51,500 nt of DNA, taken from NCBI GenBank assembly GCA_038895475.1, contig JAWANI010000004.1:1-51500 (forward strand), in the 5' to 3' direction. Source of the stretch: Candidatus Woesearchaeota archaeon. Lineage in GTDB: Archaea > Nanobdellota > Nanobdellia > Woesearchaeales > UBA9642. The position numbers and the translations under genes are program-made. Below are positions 1-9,385 of this stretch, one piece after another (positions within the stretch are counted from its first letter, which is position 1; every line of letters begins with the position of its first letter). Below the pieces are notes generated by a model. The model saw only the letters and a program-made list of their open reading frames with translations. It made no database searches and was not told the DNA's origin.

Positions 1-186
1 AAAAATAAAATTAAAAATTAAATAACAAAATTTTGTTATAAAACAATAATTTATTTTACTCAAAAGTTTTAAAATTTTTTTAATTTGTGTATTAATCATA
101 TTTCTGCTCTTACTTTAAAATTAGTTATTGATATTCTAATTAATAAATTAGCTGAGTAAATAATGACTAAAATTTTTATTTTGTAT

Positions 187-1209
187 TTATTTAATAAATA
201 ATTTTTTTAGTTCCGAGAATGTTCTTTTTTCTGATAAATATTCCTTATCCTTGTAGGATAATGTATTGTTTATAAATTTTTTAATTATATTGGCATAAAC
301 TTTTGCCGCGCCTTGTCTTGATTTTATAAAGGCTTCTGCTTTAATTCTTGATTTTTCTATCTCTTTTTTAGGAATATTTCTTTCAAGTTCTGCTTCCAAA
401 TTATAAGGATTTATTCTTCTTAGTAATCCGCTCTTTAATAATCCTATATATGCATCTTTATTCCATTCATGATAGTCAATGCCGCTAAGCATCGGTTTTC
501 CGTAAAAGGCAGGTTCTAAAGGATTTTGACCATCATATGCATCTATTTTAAAGGTATTTCCTAATAATACTATGTCTGCTAAAGAGTATAATTTATCTAA
601 GGTTCCTTGTTCTTCTATTACTAAACATTTTTTGTTGCCTTTTAATGAATAATTTGTTTCAAAATCTAAATATCTTGCTATGTCTTCTAAATGTCCTTCT
701 GTATATGGAACAATTACTGCTTTTGAATCTTTATTTTTTAATAAATGATTTTTTATTGCTGGACAGATTATTTTGTATTCTGAAAAATGTGTTGCTCCTG
801 CAAAAATAATTTTTTCTTTATTTCTTATTTTGTATCGCTCTTTTAATTCAAGAATTTCATCTATTGACAGTAATCTTCTTTTTTCAAATTTTAAAGGATC
901 TATATGAAATGTTAGTTTTTGAACACCATTTATTGGAGAATTGTCATAATGTAAGCTTATTGATAAGGCATTTTTTAAATATTTTTTTTCTTTATATGTT
1001 ATATTTGCATTTATATTATTGAACTCTAATTCTTTTAATAGTAAATTCGAATGAAAGGAACTTCCTGTTAATTCTATAATCTTTTTTGGTAATATGTTTG
1101 TTATTTCTCTGATTAATGGAACATATTGTTTTGCTGCAGCGATACTTTTAACTTCTAATCTTATACTTTCATGAGTTTTATATGCATCCATGGTGTTTAT
1201 TATGTTCAT
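187..1209 (-). CDS. WaaA/KdtA (Kdo transferase, GT30)-like glycosyltransferase, divergent N-terminus
   Basis: C-terminal GTLDKLYSLADIVLLG...GQNPLEPAFYGKPMLSG and QGAA resemble the KdtA G-x-L-x-x-LY-x-x-AD...GHNPLEPA motifs. Confidence 0.65.
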   Translation of the reverse strand: MNIINTMDAYKTHESIRLEVKSIAAAKQYVPLIREITNILPKKIIELTGSSFHSNLLLKELEFNNINANITYKEKKYLKNALSISLHYDNSPINGVQKLTFHIDPLKFEKRRLLSIDEILELKERYKIRNKEKIIFAGATHFSEYKIICPAIKNHLLKNKDSKAVIVPYTEGHLEDIARYLDFETNYSLKGNKKCLVIEEQGTLDKLYSLADIVLLGNTFKIDAYDGQNPLEPAFYGKPMLSGIDYHEWNKDAYIGLLKSGLLRRINPYNLEAELERNIPKKEIEKSRIKAEAFIKSRQGAAKVYANIIKKFINNTLSYKDKEYLSEKRTFSELKKLFIK

Positions 1210-1318
1210 TTTGTTTTAATAAAGATGTTATTTAAAAATTTTTTTATTTTTTTATCATTAAATAGTAATAAAATTGTTTTTTTAGTTTAATAAATATAAT
1301 TTGGCATAATATTTTATT

Positions 1319-2626
1319 TCATGCACCCAAAGAACTCTCAACAATATTAAATAACTCTTCTAAATTAACTAATTCTTCTTTTCCAGTATGCATATTTTTT
1401 AATTTTATTTTTTGTTCTTTTAGCTCATTTTCACCTATAAAAGCCACAAAAGGTATCTTTAAAGAATTGGCATAATCTAAATTTTTAGAAACACCCTTAT
1501 CCATTAAATCTATATCAACATTCAGTCCTGCCTCACGAAGCTTTGTTGCAATAATTAGTGATTCCTTAAATGTCTTTATGGGAATTATGTATAATTGTGT
1601 AACTGTTTTTTTCTGTTCCGGATTCAACATTTTTAACGCATCAGTTATTGGCTCAAGTCCAAAACTTATTCCTACAGCAGGATATTCCCTGGCGTTTTCT
1701 GCATACAATCCTATAAGACTATCATATCTTCCCCCGCCGCATATACTCGAAGTTATCTTAGAATTCCTTAAAAAACCCTCGAATACTGTTCCAGTATAAT
1801 ATGTCAATCCTCTGGCAAGAGATAAATTAATAATAACTTTCTCTGATGGAATAAAACCAATATATGAAAAAAGCTCATCCAATTCATTAACACCTTCCAA
1901 CCCTAATTCTGAGGAAATTATTTGCCTTGCTGCATTAATTATTTCTTGATTTGTTCCTTTTATTTGAAATACTTCAATAATCTTTTTTATAGAATCAATA
2001 GTTAAACCTTTTTCCAATAATTCTTTTTTTACTGATTCAAAACCCTGTTTTTTAATTTTATCAATACTTATTATTACACTCTCACGCAGATCTCTAGGAA
2101 TATTGCAGTAATCCATTATTCCAAACAACAATTTTCTATTATTTACCTCTATATATGCATCTAATCCTAAATTTTTAAATGCATCAAGTGCAAGCAGTAT
2201 TAGTTCTGCCTCTGCTCTAACTGAAGAACAACCAGCAATATCTACATCGCACTGCCAAAATTCCCTATAACGACCAAGCTTTATAGGACCATCCCTAAAA
2301 ACTCTGCCTATTTCGTAACGTTTAAAAGGCATTTTTAAATTTGGATTCATAGCAATAAATCTAGAAAAAGGAACAGTTAAATCAAATCTTAATCCTAAAT
2401 CCCTATTGCCTTGATCTGTAAGTTTAAATATTTCTTTAACAGCATCACTATCCGTTCCTGCAGCAAATTTTGCAGTAAGAGTATCAAGTCTTTCTATAGA
2501 CGGAGTTTCTAAAGGCGAATACCCGTATCTTTGAAAAATATTTGTTAATTTACTAATTAATTCTTCTCTCAAAATTTTATCTTCAGGAGAAAAATCCCTA
2601 ACACCTTTAGCCATTTCAACAGTCAT
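1319..2626 (-). CDS. hisS: Histidyl-tRNA synthetase
   Basis: AKGVRDF, LRFDLTVP, GRYREFWQCDVD, LARGLTYYTG, GGGRYD; start moved to ATG 2626 (MTVEMAKG). Confidence 0.97.
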   Translation of the reverse strand: MTVEMAKGVRDFSPEDKILREELISKLTNIFQRYGYSPLETPSIERLDTLTAKFAAGTDSDAVKEIFKLTDQGNRDLGLRFDLTVPFSRFIAMNPNLKMPFKRYEIGRVFRDGPIKLGRYREFWQCDVDIAGCSSVRAEAELILLALDAFKNLGLDAYIEVNNRKLLFGIMDYCNIPRDLRESVIISIDKIKKQGFESVKKELLEKGLTIDSIKKIIEVFQIKGTNQEIINAARQIISSELGLEGVNELDELFSYIGFIPSEKVIINLSLARGLTYYTGTVFEGFLRNSKITSSICGGGRYDSLIGLYAENAREYPAVGISFGLEPITDALKMLNPEQKKTVTQLYIIPIKTFKESLIIATKLREAGLNVDIDLMDKGVSKNLDYANSLKIPFVAFIGENELKEQKIKLKNMHTGKEELVNLEELFNIVESSLGA

Positions 2627-2691
2627 AGTAGAAGATATAAAAATATGTTTAAATAGTTGATGGAAAAAATAATAAATGAAAAACAATAACC

Positions 2692-2699
2692 TTTAAATA
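2692..2699 (+). promoter_or_regulatory. TATA box of tRNA-Arg(UCU)
   Basis: TTTAAATA about 25 nt upstream of the tRNA 5' end; similar TTTA(A/T)A(T/A)A boxes lie about 20-25 nt before many starts in the window. Confidence 0.6.
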
Positions 2700-2724
2700 T
2701 GATTTTTTTATCCTGAAAAACTAT

Positions 2725-2812
2725 GGGAGTGTAGCGCAGCTTGGATAGCGCGGCAGCCTTCTATAATAATGATGAAAGCTGTAGGTCCGGGGTTCAAATC
2801 CTCGCACTCCCG
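2725..2812 (+). tRNA. tRNA-Arg(UCU) with 13-nt intron at 37/38 (2764-2776)
   Basis: GGGAGTG/CACTCCC acceptor, GCGC D-stem, GCAGC/GCTGT anticodon stem, anticodon TCT 2760-2762, GTTCAAATC T-loop; no encoded CCA. Confidence 0.93.
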
Positions 2813-2855
2813 TTACAAATTTAAAAATAAAATATAAAAACACATTTTTTTTAAG

Positions 2856-3944
2856 ATGCGAATTTCATTAAAAAATTGGCTTACGGCAATATTTCTTATC
2901 TTAGGAATAAGTGCACTTTATATTATAATAAAAGAATATGGAATAAAAAACATACTTAATACATACAGAAGTTTTAATCCCTTAATATTATTTTTTTATG
3001 CAATAGCTGTCTTCACTATATTGTTGTTATTAAACTTAAGATGGGATATTATATTAAAGTCAAGAAACAAAAGCATACCTTTTAGAAAATTGTTTATCTA
3101 CAGGATTATTGGGACAAGCATAAATTTCTTAACACCCGGACCTAGAGTCGGCGGAGAACCAACACAGGCAAGTTTATTGACAAAACATAATGTTGATTTT
3201 ACAGAAGGATTATCAACAATAATGATAGATAAAATAATAGATATAACAACTTCAGGGATATTGTTCATAATAGGCGTTTCACTAGTAGGATTAAAATATA
3301 GTATAGCAGGAAGTTTTGGATGGATATTGTTTTTTATAGGTGTTGTTTTTATTATAATAACAGTAACTTTTTATTATAGAATGCTTAAGAGCAAACACTT
3401 TTTTTTAAAAATATTTCATATTCTAAGAATAGATAAAATAAAGAGCAAAACACTAAAAAATGTTGAAAATAAAATTGAAGAAATAGAATTAATGATGATA
3501 GATTTTTATAAGAATAATAAAAAAGCATTTATAAAAACAATAATTATAAGCATGCTTTCTTGGATAGCTATGTTTTTCGAATATAAATTTGCTGCAAAAT
3601 TATTAGGCTTTAATTTAAACATTATAGAGATATTCTTTATAGTGTCTTTTATAGGAATGGCAATGTTATTTCCAATACCGATGGCTATTGGTGTTTTAGA
3701 GGCAGGACAAATATCTGCTTTTGCAATAATAGGTTTACCTGCAAGTGCAGGTGTAGCATTAGCATTTCTTGTAAGATTAAAAGATTTAACAATATCTTTT
3801 ATAGGGATAATACTTCTTGCATTATATGGGTTTCATGTTCCAAAAGTTGTTAAGAAGAAATATATAAGCAAAAAAGAACCATTAAGTGAAGATTTAAAAA
3901 TAAAAAAACCAATAAGTATCAAATTTAAAAAGATTAAAAAATAA
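2856..3944 (+). CDS. Lysylphosphatidylglycerol synthase TM-domain / flippase-like membrane protein (UPF0104, AglD2-like)
   Basis: Multiple TM segments; LRW, NFLTPGPRVGGEP and PMAIGVLE motifs. Confidence 0.85.
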   Translation: MRISLKNWLTAIFLILGISALYIIIKEYGIKNILNTYRSFNPLILFFYAIAVFTILLLLNLRWDIILKSRNKSIPFRKLFIYRIIGTSINFLTPGPRVGGEPTQASLLTKHNVDFTEGLSTIMIDKIIDITTSGILFIIGVSLVGLKYSIAGSFGWILFFIGVVFIIITVTFYYRMLKSKHFFLKIFHILRIDKIKSKTLKNVENKIEEIELMMIDFYKNNKKAFIKTIIISMLSWIAMFFEYKFAAKLLGFNLNIIEIFFIVSFIGMAMLFPIPMAIGVLEAGQISAFAIIGLPASAGVALAFLVRLKDLTISFIGIILLALYGFHVPKVVKKKYISKKEPLSEDLKIKKPISIKFKKIKK

Positions 3945-4042
3945 TAATTTAAAGTAAACAATAATATATTAGGCAATAGTATATTAAAAAATAATATTAT
4001 AATAGCAATATGCTATTAAATAAATATTTTACAAACAATAAC

Positions 4043-5092
4043 ATGGTAAAAATAATATATTCTATAAATGGAGAAGGCATGGGTCATGCGACAAGAAGTT
4101 TGGCTTTAATAGAAGAATTAAAGAAAAAATATGAAATATTGGTTATTGCAGGCAGCTCAAGAATATATCCATATATTAAAAGTAAACATAATAAAACTTT
4201 AATGTATGAAGGAATAAGAATATCTTATAAAGAAGACAGGGTTAATGAATTTGAAACATTAAAAAGATACTTTAAATGGCTAACAAAAGAGAGTCCTCAT
4301 AATATAAAAAAAATATATGGTATATTCAAAAAATATACTCCAGATATTCTATTAACAGATTTTGAGGGAACAACATCATACATTGCAAATATACTAAATA
4401 TCCCTGTGGTATGTATATGCAATATTCATTCAATAACAAAAATGAAAAATAATATTCCTAAAAAGTATAAAAAAGAAGAGATTAAAACCAAAATTGTTGT
4501 TAATACAATATTCCCTAAAGCAGATTATCATTTAATAACAACTTTCTTTTATAATCCTGTAAAAAAAGACAATGTCTTCTTATTCCCGCCAATCTTAAGA
4601 AAGGAAATAAGTGAATTAAAACCAAGATCATTAGATTACATTATAGTTTATCAGACTGCTTCTACAAATCTTAAACTAATTCACGAACTTAAAAAAATTG
4701 ATTATAAGTTTATAGTTTATGGTTTTGATATAGATAAAAAAGATGAAAACCTTACTTTTAGAAAATTCAATAATGATTTATGGCTTAAGGATTTAGAAAA
4801 TTGTAAAGCAGTAATAACAAACGGGGGGTATAGTTTGATATCTGAAGCAATAAGCCTTCATAAACCAATACTTTCTATACCTATAAAAGGACAATTTGAA
4901 CAAACACTCAATGCATATCATATTAAAAAATTAGGATACGGAGAAATGCATAAAAATTTAGACGCAAAAAAAATAAATAAGTTTATGCAAAATTTGAAAA
5001 AATATGAACAAAATCTTAAAAAAATTAAAAAGGAAGATAATTCTAAAATATTATCAAAAATAGAAGAAATAATAAGAAAAGAATGTTTGTAA
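4043..5092 (+). CDS. MJ1255/VC2487-family glycosyltransferase (GT-B)
   Basis: GEGMGHATRS, TDFE, ITNGGYSLISEA, KPILSIPIKGQFEQ. Confidence 0.88.
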   Translation: MVKIIYSINGEGMGHATRSLALIEELKKKYEILVIAGSSRIYPYIKSKHNKTLMYEGIRISYKEDRVNEFETLKRYFKWLTKESPHNIKKIYGIFKKYTPDILLTDFEGTTSYIANILNIPVVCICNIHSITKMKNNIPKKYKKEEIKTKIVVNTIFPKADYHLITTFFYNPVKKDNVFLFPPILRKEISELKPRSLDYIIVYQTASTNLKLIHELKKIDYKFIVYGFDIDKKDENLTFRKFNNDLWLKDLENCKAVITNGGYSLISEAISLHKPILSIPIKGQFEQTLNAYHIKKLGYGEMHKNLDAKKINKFMQNLKKYEQNLKKIKKEDNSKILSKIEEIIRKECL

Positions 5093-6225
5093 TACTTAAA
5101 GAAGGATTAAGAATCTTTAAGAGAAATATTAAAGTAAAGCTTTTTGGCTTAGAAAAATTTTCAGGAACCGATGAAGAGATATGCAGAAAAATTATAGATG
5201 CGTGTTGGAACGGAAAATATTTTTCTACAACACCTAAGGGAGGAAATTACGGATTTTATTCAAGAGATTTTGGATGGTGCATTCAATCATTAATAAATCT
5301 GGGATATAAAAATGAGGTTAATAAAACACTTGAATACGCACTAAAAATATTTGAAAAGAATAAAGGGATATATGTATCAATAAGTCCGTCAGGAATACCA
5401 TTTAATTTTCCAAACATTTACAGTCCAGACAGCGTAGCATATATTTTCAGAAGCATAAGAATAAATAAAAACAAAAAAATTATAGAAAAATATCGTTCTT
5501 TTCTCAATTTTGAAGCAAAAAAGTTTAGAAATATATGTATAGATAATAAGGGCATTATAAATCAGAAACATTTTTCTGGAATGAGAGATTATGCAATAAT
5601 AAAAGGTTCCTGTTATGATATGATAATGGCTTGCTTATTAGAAGATGAAATAAATAAAATAAATGAATATTTTGGAAGAGAAATACTAATTAATCCTTTC
5701 AAAAATATTGATTTAAAAAACAACCTAATTAATAATTTCTGGAATGGAAAATATTTTCAGGAATTAAATAAAAACATTCTATATGGGCATAATAATGTAT
5801 ACCCTTATTTTTTAGATATCGTAAAGGATAAAAAAATGTTGTTATCATCAATAACACATATAAAAAAGGCAAAATTAGACATGCCCATACCATTAAAATA
5901 TGAGTCTAATATGGATAAATCGAATTATGGAGATAAATATTATAAAAATGATAAGACTAAATTTATATGGCAGGAGTTGTTTGTAAAAGATTGGGAAAAA
6001 AGAACTTCGTGGAGTATGTTGGGGATGGCATATATATACATTCTTGCACGAGTTGATAAAAAAAAGGCAAAAAAACATTTAAAAGAGTATAAGAGTTTGA
6101 TCGAAAAATATGGTTTCGTAGAAGTTTATGATAATTTAAAGCCTTACCAATCATTTTTTTATACATCAGAAACCAGAATGCTTTGGGCATCTATGTACTT
6201 GGAATTAAAAAATTTAACATATTAA
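5083..6225 (+). CDS. Six-hairpin glycosidase-like protein (glycogen debranching/GH63-like)
   Basis: FYSRDFGW, SPDS, FWNGKYF, GFVEVY, MLWAS resemble (alpha/alpha)6 GH motifs; overlaps the upstream GT gene. Confidence 0.6.
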   Translation: MFVILKEGLRIFKRNIKVKLFGLEKFSGTDEEICRKIIDACWNGKYFSTTPKGGNYGFYSRDFGWCIQSLINLGYKNEVNKTLEYALKIFEKNKGIYVSISPSGIPFNFPNIYSPDSVAYIFRSIRINKNKKIIEKYRSFLNFEAKKFRNICIDNKGIINQKHFSGMRDYAIIKGSCYDMIMACLLEDEINKINEYFGREILINPFKNIDLKNNLINNFWNGKYFQELNKNILYGHNNVYPYFLDIVKDKKMLLSSITHIKKAKLDMPIPLKYESNMDKSNYGDKYYKNDKTKFIWQELFVKDWEKRTSWSMLGMAYIYILARVDKKKAKKHLKEYKSLIEKYGFVEVYDNLKPYQSFFYTSETRMLWASMYLELKNLTY

Positions 6226-6229
6226 AAAA

Positions 6230-7405
6230 ATGAAAATAATAATATTCACTGATTCCTTCCTACCTCTAAATAGCGGAGTTGTAACTTACACAATAAATAT
6301 AGCAAATATATTAACTTCAAGAGGACACAAAATAATTTTATTCGTGCCAAAACCTAAGGAAAAAATATACCCTTATAAAAAACTAAATAGAAAAATAAAA
6401 ATATATTATTTTAAAGGAATTCCTGCATTTTTTTATCCCACATTCAGAATAACAAACATATTGTCGTTTAAAGATATAAAAATAGTAAAAAAAATAAATC
6501 CTGATATATTATATTTTCAAACACCATTTACATTAGGATTAAAGGCAGTAATGTTATCGAAAATAACGAAAAAACCTTTAGTAGGAATATTTCATACACA
6601 TTTAGCATCTGAAGAATATCTTTCAATTCTAGGAAATATATATAATAAAATAAATTTAAAAAAATTAAGTTGGAAGTATTTAAGATATTTTTACAACAAT
6701 TGTTCTATCGTGATATCTCCATCTAAATATATGGCAAGAGAACTAAAAAAGAATAAAATAAAACGCAAAATAGTTATAATTAATAATTTTATATATAAAG
6801 ATATTTTAGAAAATAAAAATAGTAAATTGAAAGTCAATAAAAATTCTTTTGTTTACATCGGTAGAATTTCAAAGGAGAAAAATATTAAACTATTAATAGA
6901 TGCTTTCAGAAGAGTCATTTCTGTAAGAGATTCATATTTATATATAGTTGGCGATGGTCCCGAATATAAAAGCATTAAAAGTTATATTGCAAAAAATCAT
7001 CTTACTGAAAGGATAATAATGACCGGAAATATTGATAATGATATACTTTTAAAAACAAATTTTTTAAGAAAGTTTAATGCATTTATAACGATGAGTAACA
7101 GTGAAGTTCAACCCATTAGCATCATAGAAGCAATGTCTAAGGGACTACCAATAATAGGGCCTAAATCTAGAGGAATAACAGAAATGATAACAACTAATGG
7201 CATTTTAATAAAAAGAAACTCTGTAAAAGAAATGAGTGATGCTATAATAAAAATAATAGACAAAAAAAACTTAAGAAAAAAAATGTCTGAAGAGTCTTTA
7301 AAAATATTTAATAAAAAGTATAATTCAGAAGAATCGATAAAAAAATTGGAAAAAATATTTTTTATGATAAAAAATATTCAAGGAAATAATTCAAAAACCT
7401 CATAG
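6230..7405 (+). CDS. Glycosyltransferase family 4
   Basis: DSFLPLNSGV, FHT, YIGRISKEKN, VGDGP, SEVQPISIIEAMSKGLP. Confidence 0.93.
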   Translation: MKIIIFTDSFLPLNSGVVTYTINIANILTSRGHKIILFVPKPKEKIYPYKKLNRKIKIYYFKGIPAFFYPTFRITNILSFKDIKIVKKINPDILYFQTPFTLGLKAVMLSKITKKPLVGIFHTHLASEEYLSILGNIYNKINLKKLSWKYLRYFYNNCSIVISPSKYMARELKKNKIKRKIVIINNFIYKDILENKNSKLKVNKNSFVYIGRISKEKNIKLLIDAFRRVISVRDSYLYIVGDGPEYKSIKSYIAKNHLTERIIMTGNIDNDILLKTNFLRKFNAFITMSNSEVQPISIIEAMSKGLPIIGPKSRGITEMITTNGILIKRNSVKEMSDAIIKIIDKKNLRKKMSEESLKIFNKKYNSEESIKKLEKIFFMIKNIQGNNSKTS

Positions 7406-7748
7406 TTTTTATTCTTATGGAAAGACAAGGTTGTGAAATGTTAAATTCTTTTTAGCTGACTGAACCTAAAAAGTTTTTAATTCAAGAATTTAGAAAGTAA
7501 AATCTTAGAGTTTTTATAAAATTATCAAAGATTAATCGTAAAAATTACTTAGGTTATTGCCTAAACTTATTATTTTTTTGATAATTATATAATGTAACAA
7601 AAATTAAAGCCATACCATGTGGTGTTTTTTATTGGATTGACTATTCCTTTTTTTCTTTTCTTCATCAATATCAAATTTCTCTTTAAAACCTAAGCCTTCT
7701 TTTGTTGTAATTATTATTTTTCCTATCTGATTTTTCATATTCATAAAA

Positions 7749-8288
7749 TTATTGTCTTATGAATTGTACTATAATATCTTTATTCCGTACTTCCGGATGG
7801 AATAATGTAGCATATATAGGCTTCTGCTTGTGCTTGATGGCTTGTATGTACTGGTTTCTTGCATAAATATCAAATAGGGTTCTTAAATTTTTGCTATTTT
7901 TTATTATAATATTATGCAGACAGTATGCTTGTATCTTTCCTTTTACACTTAAAAATTCTTTATCAAATTTTATCTCTTTAAGACCTATTTCTGTAGCTTT
8001 ACCCAGACTACACTTGTATTCTTTACATATTATCTGCATGCCGGCACATATGCCTAAAATAGGTTTATTATATGCTCTAATCCAGGAGAAGTCTTGTTTT
8101 TCATAATCGAAATCCCTTAATGATGTGCCTGCTATTATTATTTTATCAGCATATCCTGGACATGTTATTATACTATTTCCCTTCACAATTAAATATTTTT
8201 GATTTTCGGCCTTCATTATTTCTTCTATAGGCTTTACGAATTCGTTATAGTGCAGCTCTTCTTTGCATATGTCAATTATGAGTATCAT
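7749..8288 (-). CDS. Class I glutamine amidotransferase (GMP synthase subunit A-like)
   Basis: PILGICAGMQ nucleophile motif and FHPE. Confidence 0.85.
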   Translation of the reverse strand: MILIIDICKEELHYNEFVKPIEEIMKAENQKYLIVKGNSIITCPGYADKIIIAGTSLRDFDYEKQDFSWIRAYNKPILGICAGMQIICKEYKCSLGKATEIGLKEIKFDKEFLSVKGKIQAYCLHNIIIKNSKNLRTLFDIYARNQYIQAIKHKQKPIYATLFHPEVRNKDIIVQFIRQ

Positions 8289-8359
8289 TTTATCAAATTT
8301 TTATTTTATCACACGGTTTATAAGGTTTTATATATAATATCTGTCTAATGCTTATTTGA

Positions 8360-8710
8360 CTACTTGGTTATTGCCAGGGTATTTGATTTATGCTTCTCGA
8401 ATATTATATTTGTGTAATAATCTCTTATATTTTCTGATAGTGCTTCTCGTATCTTGTTGAGATTGTTCCTGAACTCTCCTACATTCTTGCAGTACATGTT
8501 TATCTCAAAATTCCATTTACCAATCATTCTTACTATATAATTCACTCCTTCAATCATCGCTATTTTTGCTATGAGCCGCTTCTCTTCCTGTGCAGTTATA
8601 TTTTGTAGCTGGAATTGTACTTGATACCAAGTAGTGCCGAGTTTTTCCCTGTCTAGTGATGTGCTGAATGAGTATATTATTCCGTCCTTATACAGTTTTT
8701 TTATTCTATC
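8360..8710 (-). pseudogene. 5'-truncated Lrp/AsnC-family regulator
   Basis: The 65-aa ORF frame extends upstream without a start codon as DRIKKLYKDGIIYSFSTSLDREKLGTTWYQVQFQLQN, overlapping the dph6 stop; most of the HTH is missing. Confidence 0.8.
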
Positions 8711-9378
8711 TCTTCTATAATTAATATTTTGCCGCCTTCTTTATCGGTTTTTATTGAGGATTTCTTTATCTTTAATGGTTTTTTGAAGTATGGCGCATTA
8801 AGAATGAAACTTTCGTATTCTCCACCTTCGCCTGCAGGGTTTATCTTAAGCTTCGAGTATATTGCGCGTATTTCTTCTATTGTTTCACTATTTATTTTTT
8901 TTCCTAATAGTTTATCTAATCCCTCGCCAAATACGCCTACTATCATTATCTCAAATTTATTATCTATCAATTCTTGTAATAATTCCCACTGGTCTTTCTG
9001 CCATAACGGGTTGAAACATTCTATCTTTAGCTTATTGGTTATTGTCTGTATTCTTGATGCTTGATATACTGATTCTATAGCTCCAGTAACCACGCCTTGT
9101 ATTTGGTATTTTTTTACTGCATTCTTTATTGCTTTTTCTAAATCTTTTAATTCCTCTTCTTTTTTTCCTTTGGTTTTTTGAACCAATAAAGGCAGTCCTA
9201 TGGATTCAGCCTGATTTTTTACCCATTTAATATTTGGTGTATGAAACATATAACTTTCACTATTTTCTGATATGATGTTTATTAAGCATTTTACATTAGT
9301 ATGTTTTAATGCATACATTAATGCTAATCCTGAATCTTTGCCTCCTGAGAATAAGACTGCTGTGTTTTTTTTATTCAT
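8701..9378 (-). CDS. dph6: Diphthine--ammonia ligase
   Basis: SGGKDS, SYMFH, GAIESVYQ, PLWQ, PAGEGGEYES. Confidence 0.93.
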   Translation of the reverse strand: MNKKNTAVLFSGGKDSGLALMYALKHTNVKCLINIISENSESYMFHTPNIKWVKNQAESIGLPLLVQKTKGKKEEELKDLEKAIKNAVKKYQIQGVVTGAIESVYQASRIQTITNKLKIECFNPLWQKDQWELLQELIDNKFEIMIVGVFGEGLDKLLGKKINSETIEEIRAIYSKLKINPAGEGGEYESFILNAPYFKKPLKIKKSSIKTDKEGGKILIIEEIE

Positions 9379-9385
9379 ATTGTAT

